This document shows, piece after piece, positions 7,118 to 17,200 of a stretch of DNA of 33,494 nucleotides. The number at the start of each line of letters is the position of its first letter. Position 1 is the stretch's first letter. The notes beneath the pieces were generated by a model. It ran no database searches. It had not been told where the DNA came from and worked only from the letters and a program-made list of their open reading frames with translations. The DNA lies in the IMG/VR virus record IMGVR_UViG_3300032288_003255, positions 1 to 33,494 of that record; one strand, 5' to 3'. The DNA comes from a virus. Lineage: Duplodnaviria > Caudoviricetes. A program made the position numbers and the translations under genes.

Positions 7118-7812
7118 AAATAATAGCAGTTAGAATAGGCACAAGATACGGTCCAGAATATGAAAAATATCTAGAATCTAAACTGCCTGAGTATGAATTT
7201 CATTGGATCAGAGAAGCCATGTCTGACAACATTAAATTACAATGGAACAAAATGTATGGCATGACCTTGAAACAAGACGAACCTATCTGCGTGATAGACA
7301 TAGACATACTGCTGATTAATGATTATAAAAAAATATTTGAATATCCTGTACAACAAGGCGAGTTTCTAGCAGCTCCTGGTTGGTGGAGAGATCTCAAGGG
7401 TGAACAAAAGAACAGATTCAGTATCAATGGAGGATTCTACAAATATTATCCTCGTGATTGTCACTATATATACAACAAATTCATGAGCGATCCAGCATAT
7501 TGGCAAAGAAAATACATAGAGGAAGGTTACACTTCTGGTCCAGTTAATGGTGAACAACATTTTATAGAAGATTCTGTGAGAGAAAGATTAAAACTTATAA
7601 CTCTACCCAATGCTTGGTTTTGTAGGATGGAAGCTAGAAATAAACATTTCGCTAGACATACATTGACCAGTTTAAATAGACGTTATAGCGAAGTTAGTGG
7701 TAATCCTTACATGTTCCTAGGTAATGAATTTCATCCTGAAATTAAATTTGTTCATTTTACCCACATGGATAATCATCCTCATGAATGGGAAAAATATCGT
7801 TTATTCGTATAG
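7114..7812 (+). CDS. GT-A fold glycosyltransferase (DxD), second, divergent member
   Basis: KIIAVRIGTRYGPEY start, WNKM, VIDIDILL (DxD), INGGFYKY, NGEQHFI and VHFTH motifs; ATGA overlap at 7114-7117. Confidence 0.85.
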   Translation: MKIIAVRIGTRYGPEYEKYLESKLPEYEFHWIREAMSDNIKLQWNKMYGMTLKQDEPICVIDIDILLINDYKKIFEYPVQQGEFLAAPGWWRDLKGEQKNRFSINGGFYKYYPRDCHYIYNKFMSDPAYWQRKYIEEGYTSGPVNGEQHFIEDSVRERLKLITLPNAWFCRMEARNKHFARHTLTSLNRRYSEVSGNPYMFLGNEFHPEIKFVHFTHMDNHPHEWEKYRLFV

Positions 7813-8289
7813 GAATTTTCCAGCAACGTATAGAGATTCTAGGGGAGTTTTTGCTTCTCTAAGTTTTTTCTTTAATTCTGTGTTAGTGGATTGTGTTACT
7901 GCTGGAAGATCAAATATTTTAGATTTAATATTAAAAAGAAGATCTGTACCTGTTTCTCCTGTAGGCGGACTGAATAGATGATCCACAACTAATTTATCTT
8001 GAGGATTAGTAACTGCTGGATCATAGATCAATCCATGTTCCAATGCTATTTCTTTAACCAGTATTTCAAAACTTTGACTGTTTAGTTTTCTTTTTTGGTC
8101 GGTCATTATAGAAATTTCATCCGGTGAATAAGTTTCTAACAACTTTTGATAATTTTTATCATTTAGATCTGGTTTGATGGCAATTTCTGTGTGACTTTTA
8201 TTCGCATTATCATACCATATGGCAAGAATTAAATTTTGTTTACTGCTGGCGTAGACAGCCTGTGTGAAACGACCGTTTTGTAAAATCAT
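7801..8289 (-). CDS. Hypothetical protein (162 aa), possibly fibre-associated or an assembly chaperone
   Basis: Clean ORF coupled to the upstream gene by a TAATG overlap at 8289. No catalytic motif recognised; function inferred from position only. Confidence 0.7.
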   Translation of the reverse strand: MILQNGRFTQAVYASSKQNLILAIWYDNANKSHTEIAIKPDLNDKNYQKLLETYSPDEISIMTDQKRKLNSQSFEILVKEIALEHGLIYDPAVTNPQDKLVVDHLFSPPTGETGTDLLFNIKSKIFDLPAVTQSTNTELKKKLREAKTPLESLYVAGKFLYE

Positions 8290-9239
8290 TATATCTTTTG
8301 TATCGTTAGTTTGTATTCGTTGATGGTAACGCTGGATCCATCCGGAAATTCCTGTGCTCTGTAATCATCATCTCCGCCTAGGAATGTTTGATAATTGCCG
8401 CTGCCTTCTAAACGAGTATCAGTCATCACTGTGCCACATGTGGCACCTGCTCCATTGATCTCATATCTCAATTTATAACTGTTCACATTAGCTACCATGT
8501 ATCTTATTATACTTTTAAACACAGAGTTCCATGTTGCTGTGTCTGGAGTTATGATGTTTCCTAAAGTTGTTAATCTTGCTGGTGCTTGATAAGCGGGAGT
8601 TACATAATCTTTTTTATGCAGATAATAACTAGTGACTTCTGTTGTGGTTGTGGAGTCTTCACCGGCTGGAATAGCAGAATATCCTGCAGGATTAGCTCTA
8701 GTGTCTGTGAATACTGGAGTGCCGGATCCACTCACTTCTGTGTAGCCTGCTAGAGTAGTGCTGGTAGATATGGTGTATATTTCTCCAGCCGATGATAAAT
8801 CGTTATCTACTACGTCATAAGCAAATGTATCATACATGTCTTGTAGACTCATAGATCTCAATTCTGGATTGCCAGATCCAGACACAGCATAATATATAGG
8901 ATATTCAATACTATTAGTGTTTGCTGGTACAGCAACGGTGTTTACCACTTGATTTATTCTGCTCAATCCCACTTGTGTGATCTGAGGTTCTTCTGTGATT
9001 TCTTCTCCAGGAAATGATGCTGTGCCTGTGGAAACTGCACCAGCGACCAATCTGCTGTCATACAAGGTACCTAAATTACCACCACTGCCTACCACAGTTA
9101 ATTGCACGGAAGGCGATTGAAAATACAGTTGTTTAAAAGCATTCTTAATCTCATCGATCTGTCCAGATGACATCTCTTTCAATATAGGAGTGGAAGCAGA
9201 TGATGTGTCATCATAATACAAAGGTGTTCTAACTGCCAT
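8289..9239 (-). CDS. Probable virion structural protein (316 aa) with three internal repeats
   Basis: Ser/Thr/Gly/Tyr-rich composition; repeated P(L/I)YY...L(K/R)xMS and D(S/T)R motifs; AGGA upstream of the ATG; directly downstream of fibre A. Confidence 0.7.
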   Translation of the reverse strand: MAVRTPLYYDDTSSASTPILKEMSSGQIDEIKNAFKQLYFQSPSVQLTVVGSGGNLGTLYDSRLVAGAVSTGTASFPGEEITEEPQITQVGLSRINQVVNTVAVPANTNSIEYPIYYAVSGSGNPELRSMSLQDMYDTFAYDVVDNDLSSAGEIYTISTSTTLAGYTEVSGSGTPVFTDTRANPAGYSAIPAGEDSTTTTEVTSYYLHKKDYVTPAYQAPARLTTLGNIITPDTATWNSVFKSIIRYMVANVNSYKLRYEINGAGATCGTVMTDTRLEGSGNYQTFLGGDDDYRAQEFPDGSSVTINEYKLTIQKI

Positions 9240-9254
9240 AAAAATTCCTAAAGT

Positions 9255-9293
9255 AATTTATATTAAACAAATAATATAACATTGTCAATGTTA
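9255..9293 (-). promoter_or_regulatory. Promoter region for the 316-aa gene: TTGACA-N17-TAATAT, overlapping late-like TATAAATT, with a 17-bp inverted repeat over the -35
   Basis: Minus strand reads TTGACA (9288-9283), 17 nt, TAATAT; TATAAATT at 9262-9255; TAACATTG-T-CAATGTTA at 9277-9293. Confidence 0.55.
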
Positions 9294-9301
9294 AAACAAT
9301 A

Positions 9302-10525
9302 TTAGGTATTAGATCCCGGCGCATAAAGTGTGGTTAGCGTTGCACCGCTTGAATCTAAAATACTCAAAGTAACCTTACTTTTAAACATGTTACCACTGAT
9401 TGAAGCGCTGCCGTTGGTATCACCGGTAGTAAGCACTGTGCCTGATCTGTTAGGCAAAGTGATTGTATTTGGTCCTGTAGGTTCAGCGGCCGTTAATATT
9501 GTTCCGTTGCTGTCATCTATAGTTCCATCAAATGTTATAGATCCACCGTCGGTAACTTCAACACTTGTAGTTGTAATTGTTCCTGTGATCGGTCCTGTGA
9601 AAGCTGTAGCATTCACAGTGCCACTGACGTCTAATGTTGTGGAAGGGGTGATTGTGCCAATACCCACTCGTGAAGTGGCTCCATCGATGGTCATCACTGT
9701 GGTCACAGCACCACCGTCTTTGATTGTAAAAATAATATCTGCGTTGTTGGTACTATTAGTTATGGACACGTTGCCGTTTGGTTCTACTGATATTTTAAAA
9801 TCATCGTCGGCACCTATCACTAATCCTAAATCATTCTTAATATTAACTTGCCCTGTAAGATTTCCTCCAGTTTTTAAATAAAAATTATCCGGATCTACAC
9901 CTGCTAAACTGCTAGCACTAGATGCTGTACCAGCGAATGCTACTCCTGCTATGTCTTCTGTGAGTGTGATTCCTTTTTTGATTGTAGGGAATCCTGATAT
10001 ATTAATTTTAGGAATAAATTCACTTTCACTAATGATTGCAATCAGTACATTGTTATTTTTTAATTTGGTTATATTTTTTGACACGTCTGTGGATGACAAT
10101 ATAGTTTCAAAAGAAAATCCGCTGTCAGTACTTGCTGGTGGTCCTACTAATACATCCTCTCCACCATTATTGATGTATAACTGCTGAGTTGTAGAATTGA
10201 ACCATAAATCTCCAGCTGCTAGTCCTACCGGAGATGTGGCTGTATAATTGGCTCCACCTACTGGTTGAAAAGCAGTACCTGTGAAAACTTTAAGTTTTTG
10301 TGTGCTAGAGTCGTACCATAACTGTCCTTTGATAGGTTTACTGGGAGCTGTTGTGCTGCTGAAATTTTCTAAGATATGTAAAAAATTTTCTGCCACAATC
10401 TCACCATAACCGGCATATCCTTTTCCTATTAAGGCTATATCTGTTTGAGTATTCAAAACAGAATCTTGTACTGTGTATTGATTGGGTGATTCTGTTGAGT
10501 CTGTTTTGTTTACTGTATAAGGCAT
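9302..10525 (-). CDS. Tail fibre / baseplate-attached fibre protein A (407 aa)
   Basis: MPYTVNKTD...GKGYAGYGE...ILENF...P.KP..GQLWYD anchor domain; GDLWF; RVGIGTITPSTTLDVSGTV and ITFDGTIDD...TITLPNRSGTV fibre motifs. Confidence 0.8.
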   Translation of the reverse strand: MPYTVNKTDSTESPNQYTVQDSVLNTQTDIALIGKGYAGYGEIVAENFLHILENFSSTTAPSKPIKGQLWYDSSTQKLKVFTGTAFQPVGGANYTATSPVGLAAGDLWFNSTTQQLYINNGGEDVLVGPPASTDSGFSFETILSSTDVSKNITKLKNNNVLIAIISESEFIPKINISGFPTIKKGITLTEDIAGVAFAGTASSASSLAGVDPDNFYLKTGGNLTGQVNIKNDLGLVIGADDDFKISVEPNGNVSITNSTNNADIIFTIKDGGAVTTVMTIDGATSRVGIGTITPSTTLDVSGTVNATAFTGPITGTITTTSVEVTDGGSITFDGTIDDSNGTILTAAEPTGPNTITLPNRSGTVLTTGDTNGSASISGNMFKSKVTLSILDSSGATLTTLYAPGSNT

Positions 10526-10530
10526 CTAAA

Positions 10531-11196
10531 TTATTCCGTAAATGTTGTTAATGACTGTATTCTTAACGTATAATCTATCTGTATTAATCTATTCAAACTC
10601 TTCTGTACAGGATGAAATATCACATGTGTTAATAATTTATTAGTGCTTCCGTTTTCTGTACCTTCCCAAGATTTTAATCCTAACTCATCAAACACATACG
10701 TGTCATTAAAATCTGTGGTATTATCAAATGCTGATTGTCCAGCTGGTTCACCGTAGTCTAAAGTACAAGTTACAATGATATCTGTATATTTGTTTCCTGT
10801 GGTATGTCTCACTTCCATTTTATTTCTAGTAGTATCTTTGTTAGATGATGAATTGTCATCTACCACTTTGTAATATGTTTGATTGTATAGAGTAGCATTG
10901 CTTCCAGACGTGTTTGGAGTTAGATATGTTATAATTCCTGTTGGGTCTACTGTGGTTCCGCCATTTCCAAAAGCCATTTCATGAACGAATCCTGTGGTCT
11001 TATGAGCTAAACTGTTGGCCAGTGCTATACTCATGTTTTCATAATGAATAGCATTTCTTTTATCCACAATAACTTCACCTGTGGTAGGATCCCATATTTT
11101 GATATGTCCTTCTACTTTAATTCCTGAATTGTCTTGTGGTTTGGATTCTTTCATTTGTTTTTCATTGGTTGATTCTTGTTTTGCATGTTCTGTCAT
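10531..11196 (-). CDS. Conserved virion structural protein (221 aa), baseplate/fibre-attachment type
   Basis: GHIKI...NAIHYENMS, MAFGNGG, FDELGL and LLTHVIFHPVQKSLNR motifs resemble tail-collar/fibre attachment domains. Start moved to Met9 (11196), which removes the overlap with the giant gene and follows AATAAATA. Confidence 0.7.
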   Translation of the reverse strand: MTEHAKQESTNEKQMKESKPQDNSGIKVEGHIKIWDPTTGEVIVDKRNAIHYENMSIALANSLAHKTTGFVHEMAFGNGGTTVDPTGIITYLTPNTSGSNATLYNQTYYKVVDDNSSSNKDTTRNKMEVRHTTGNKYTDIIVTCTLDYGEPAGQSAFDNTTDFNDTYVFDELGLKSWEGTENGSTNKLLTHVIFHPVQKSLNRLIQIDYTLRIQSLTTFTE

Positions 11197-11203
11197 TTCG
11201 TTA

Positions 11204-11211
11204 TATTTATT
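11204..11211 (-). promoter_or_regulatory. Putative late promoter AATAAATA containing the stop codon of the giant gene
   Basis: Octamer lies 7 nt upstream of ATG 11196; same motif as at 3939 and 28654. Confidence 0.5.
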
Positions 11212-14200
11212 CAGGTGCATTTGTTGGCTCTCCAGCTATGAATTTAGCCTGTGCTGTGTTGGATTTACCTAATCCTTTACCATCAGCAGCAGTTGTTTCT
11301 CCTCTATTATACCATATTTGCCCACGTTTTTGTATAATTTTTACTTCTACACCTGCAGCAGGTTGCTCACTTAATATAACATTGGCTGAGCTGCCATCCC
11401 ATGTATTCACAGTATAATTGGTACTGCTGTCTTCGTTTAGATATGGTAATCTTCTTCCTCCTACAAAAACATCAACTTCATAGGGAGAACTTACAGATTG
11501 TGATGAAATAAATGCTGTGGTTGATCCATCCGCAATATGTTTCTTGGTATATATTGTGTCAGCATAAGGCACAGTTTGTTGTCCAGATGCATCTACTACT
11601 TCTGCTCCTGCGGTGTGATTTTTTATCGCTGTTCCTAGAGTACCTCTTCTGATATTGGATAGAACATTGCCATCTTTGTAGAGATATTCTATTCTCTCAT
11701 TGTCAATAAAGATTACTCCCGGTAATAGTGTGCTGCCATCTGTAGATTTTAACACACTGCCATCTACCACTGTGATTGTTTTATCATTCAATAATAAATC
11801 AGCTGCCAGTGTGGTTGTGTTAGTTTGACTGATTCTCTTGTAGAATGTTCTATTAAGCATGTCTTTAAATATTCTAAAACCAGTTGAGAAATTGTTACCT
11901 TCTGTTACAAAATACATAACATCTATTCTATCATTAGTTACTGTTGATCTAGTAATTGTAATTTTATTGCCTGTTAATATCCAATCAAAACCTTGCACTA
12001 GATTTTCTCCATTCAACCAAACAAACACATAATCATTGTTTAAAGGAGTTTGGAAAAGATAAAATTCTCCTGAATCGTTTCCTTTAAATTCTTCTCTGCG
12101 TTGGTTCATGCCCACAGCATTGTTGAATGTGGTTGCTGTGATAATGTCTCCTTGTGCAAGAGTAATACCATCTATAGACATGTTGTCTGGTTGTAGAACT
12201 ATTTGATCATTTTTGTCAAAATAATGAGTTCCTACCAGTGTGGATATAGCAATTAGATCTGAGCTAGACGGAGCAATATTAAATGTAATTGACTTCGCAT
12301 CAATGTTAACAAGATAGTCTGAATATTGATCTTTTTTGATCCCGTTAAGATATACTCTAACTCTAGAGGGATCAATCGGTGCTCCTCCTGGATTACGTAA
12401 TAATCCAAATCTATAAACGCTGACGATGGTTCCAGATCCCGACGTTGCGCTGGCTTTGAATGATACCACATTTCCTGCAATAGAACCAGTAAACGATACA
12501 TGATCTGATCCTTTGGTACTTAGATGAGGTGCGGTATTGGTGTACACTGCACCGCCTCCTGCTACTAATGTTACTTCTGACATGGACGCAGATCCTTCGC
12601 TAGCATTGTATGCTGTCACAAGATAATGAGCTCCGATATATTCAGAAGTTTGAAAAGTATCTATTGTAGTTTCACTGCTAGAAATTATGGTATTTCCAAC
12701 AAAGTTAGATCCATCACCGACATCTCCATCTCGCAGTAATATTCTATAAGCTCTAACTCTGCAGTCTCGAGAGTTAGATGCTATTAATAATCTTACTTTG
12801 TCTGCAACTATATCAGCTGAAATTGTGACTAGATCCGAAGGTCCTGCATTTACTACATTATAAGAAGTGACATATGCATTGGTTCCGTTGTGTACTAATA
12901 ATACTTCTATGTTACTTCTTTCTATAGGAGCACTAATAGTTTCTACTGATATAAAATATTTGGCACCTCTATGAATATTTTTATCCCATCCTGGAGCCTC
13001 TAATGCTACCGGAGTAGTATCTATGAAAGGTAAACTAATTTTTACTATTTGAGATCCTGTTGTATCTACTGTGTTTACTCCTAATCCTATTCTATACCAA
13101 GAAATAGAATTTAATGCAGAAGCACCTGTACCTAATAATGATATTATACCTCCAGTTACTGAAGCATCTACAGTGATATGTTCAGCTATTCCTGTTTGAG
13201 TAATCGATGAAGTGCTTACGAAAGCGTCTCCAAGATTATAAACCAAAGAGTATTTGGCTGTGGCTAATTCTCCAGAAACTTCGTCTCTTGTAATTGCCAT
13301 ATACCAAGCACTCTCATATTCTGTCTGTAACCAAGAATCTATTGTGATAGGTGTGTTAATAATTCCGTCTTTCTCTCCAGATTTAACATCTACATATCCT
13401 GTAGATGTACTGTCGTCTTCAGTAGATCCTGCATATCCAGCAAATGAAAAAGTGTTACTGGTTCCATCACCTAAATAGTAAGTGTTATCCGGTCCTCTTA
13501 AAATTTTTCCTTGATGCTCTAACAGAGTCAAACTTGAGTAAGGACCAATTGATCCTGGAGGATATGACAATGTATAATCACTGGTGCTGCCATCATACAC
13601 AATCTCTTGTGATCTTATTTCAGCATAGGCCCTACCACTACCTGGTGACTGATTGAAAGATGCTATCTGTATGCTGGTTCCAGCTGCTGGAGGATTTGCT
13701 GAAGATCCATCTCCTGTGTGTAAATTTACAATGATGTTTCTACCACTCACTGTGTAGCTATAATCTGTTGTGGGTATACCATCCACTGTGACAAGTAATT
13801 GACTTAGTGAGCTATCCAACTGATATGTTTCTCTGCTCTTAGTTGTAAACGAATATGTAGATCCATCGCCTACGAATGTGTCGAGAACCATATAATTGCT
13901 GCCAGATATGGCAAAACTTTTTATAGAAATTTTACTATCTAATACCGGTGCTGATACAAATGTAACTGTCTTATTTTGTATATCTACCGTGTATTCAGAA
14001 TTTAAAGTCTGTGTTGCACCATCTAAAGAAACTACCACAGATGCTTGTGTGCCTGCCAGTTGTCCTATAGAGAATATAGTGGTTGATCCGTCTCCTATAT
14101 AATTTTTAACTATTATAAAAGGCACTCCCGATGTTGGAGCTGTGTAAACTCGAATATCCACAGTGTCAAATATGCTGCCGGGTAAATTTTCTTCTGGGGC

Positions 14201-17200
14201 ATAACTAGTTTCTGGAGTAATGAAAGTATCTCCCTCCACAATAATATCTGTAGGCGATACTCCTAAAGCTGATTTAAAAAGTCCACCACTGATTAAAGAA
14301 TCCAGCGTTTTATCATCGGTAGGTGTTAACACTCCGTCATCATCAAAAGGTATCAATTCAATGACTGTGTTTGCAGAAGCAGGATTACCATCATCTCCTA
14401 CAATAGTAAATGTTTTAGTGGTTCCATCTCCCCTTAGAACTTGAGTTCTCTGTCTCACTCTATTAACGTTTGCTGTGGCAGCTGGATACAGAGCCGAAGA
14501 GTCACTGATATCAGTGAAATAAACTGTGTATACGTCGGTTGGTAATGGAGCAAAATCAAAAGTAAAATTGATTGTAGTGCCATCACCATAAAACACTTTG
14601 ACTCTACTTAAACCAAATCCATCCCATGGCAAATCATACCATGGAGCTCTATCCCAACCTTGACCATCATCGAAAGCCAATCCTGTGACCATAACTCCAC
14701 CATAATCTACTCCAGTCATTACTTGAGAAAGTTCATTGCCTGGCATGCCTGCTGCAGGAGTATACAATCCTAGTGTTCTTTCTGCTGCTGTGATATATGG
14801 TTCATCTCCCCTTAGTGCCAACAGATTTGTTAATCCTTCGTCAAAAGTTTCTTTGCTGGTATATGTTGCAATGACTTTATAAAGTTTATTATCATATCTA
14901 ATTAGATCATTAAATGCATAAGTGGTATTACTGGTCCATGCCAATACTGTAGCTGTGGATTGAACTCGGTCAAATTTGATTGTGGTACTGATATCTCTTA
15001 CAAGATCATTTCTAAGATTTGCATAAGCTCGTGCTGAATCTGCTGGAGTATTACCGTTTGCTCCACCACCTGTTATGATCACGCTAGGTGTTGAAGTATA
15101 ATTTTTACCCGGAGTCAACACAACTATTCTAGATACTGCACCTTCTTTGATCACTGCTCTAGCAGTAGCCTGTGTCACATCACTCAATGTGTAAACTTCA
15201 TATCCTTCGGGTCTATCTGTGATAGCAACATTTTGTCCTGTGGTAGGCATGTAAAAATCAACACTAGAAAATTCACCAAATTTAAATAGCTCACTCGTTC
15301 CAGTTCCCCCAGCTTGTGAATCAGCAAGATTAGCATCCACTTGAGCAGTATACAGAGGATAGAAATATCCAAATTGACCAGAAGAAGTACCTTGAGTGCT
15401 GGTTCCTAACACTGTGAATGGTCCAACTGTTTTTGTGGTTCCCCCTACTAATGTAACCGTGGGAGCAGTGATATATCCGCTACCACCATCTATCACTGTA
15501 ATCGTATCTACGTATTTTTTATAATTGTCTCTCCAAAAACGATAAGGATATGTGCTGAGTACTGTTGCGTCATTCTCTATGTCCACGTTTCTAATCTCAT
15601 CTCCGTCATAGAAAGCAGGTAAATCAAAATCTGTATATATTCCATCTTCGGTATCTAACCCAGTGTAACCCAATCTATATTCTCTAATTTTAGTATGATA
15701 TGGTTTGACTTCATTGATATACTCTTCAACATAATCTTCTGTAGTAACTCTGTAACTTTTTCTTTGATCTAACTCTCGTAGAGTGTTAGATACATTAATG
15801 AATGCTGTTTTTGTTAACCAATCAACATATTTCTGTTGCTCTAATACTTTTCTTAGTCCGATAAAGAAGATGTTGTTGTATTCTATTTTTAAGTCTCCTA
15901 TGAATAAATCATCTCTTATGGCTGTAAAAATTTTTCTCAATTCTAACTTGGGTTCGGTGTCAAAGAAATTAACATCAAAAGCATCCTGTCCGTCAAATCC
16001 TGTATTATCAATAGAATAATCATACAGAGAAGTTTTTAATTGTATGGTACCATTTTGTGTAGCAATGTTTTTAAATCCATCTGTAGTGCTTTCAAAAATT
16101 TTCCAACCGCCAGTATCAGCTGTTAAAACTTTGACATACTTGCCATTCTCTAATGTCAATGCATCTAATTCATACTGATAATTCAACTGTTTCTCAATAG
16201 CAGCATTGGCATCAAATGAAACATCATACCAATCCACAACGGAATAATAAGCACTGGTTTTATATGTTTGTAATTTGGTTCTGATCCATTCAGAGCCATT
16301 CCAATTATAGATAGCCCAAAAACCTCTGCTGAATGTTTGATCATTTTTTACCAGTACGTTAGTTGTGCCACTGATATCTCTGGTATCAATATAAGTTAAG
16401 TCGTCATAGGTTTCCACAGTGCTATCCCACTCTCCAGATATTGCAGTTGGTTCGGGCTCTGACGAATTTAGATTATTGTATCTTATGTTATTGGCCAATT
16501 GATTCTTTGCCAATATTGAATTTGTATAATCAATAATCTCTTTGAGTGCATCAAATCGATCCACATACCAACTCTGTCTTGGTCTAATTTTATTACCATA
16601 TCTTTGATTTAAAGGTAACGAGATATCTGGCACTTCGTTGCCTGCTTCGTCCGAACCGATCAAGCTATCCCACCATTTTCTTTCAATTTGTGCATTAGGT
16701 GCATCGTCCTTATCACCTTCTTTAATCAGTTTCCAAACATAATGTACATCACCTTCTTCGACTGTGTCTTTATAAGTGACGTTTAATACAGTATTATCGT
16801 TAATGATATCATTTTTAATATTGAATACAATCAATTTATTTGTGTCTGACACTGCGAAATGTCTGATACCTGATCCTTTAGGATTGCTTATTATGTTAGA
16901 TATGTAACCAGTGGTGTTGTTTCTAGTGTTCACGCTCTTCGCACTGTTAGGTAAGAAAACACTATTTTTTATCCAGTAATAATAGTAATTTACAAAACCA
17001 TCCAAACGAGAATCATATTTTTGTCTCACAGTGAACACTGTGTTGTCTGGATATAGTGGTTGTCCTGATATCTTTTGACTCAATCCCACTGCAGTATCCG
17101 CTAGCTGATTCCATTCCGATGGTAACAATGTAGTTTCTATCCATTCGTATACATCAACTGTGCTGCCTGGAAAAAGTTTGCCCCAATTCTTAGTTCTATA

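Noticed and set aside
2418-10525. Diversity-generating retroelement or invertase shufflon acting on the fibre genes
   Set aside because: No reverse transcriptase or recombinase gene, and I saw no near-identical nucleotide repeat pair or inverted crossover sites; the fibre similarity is old and protein-level. A self dot-plot would confirm.
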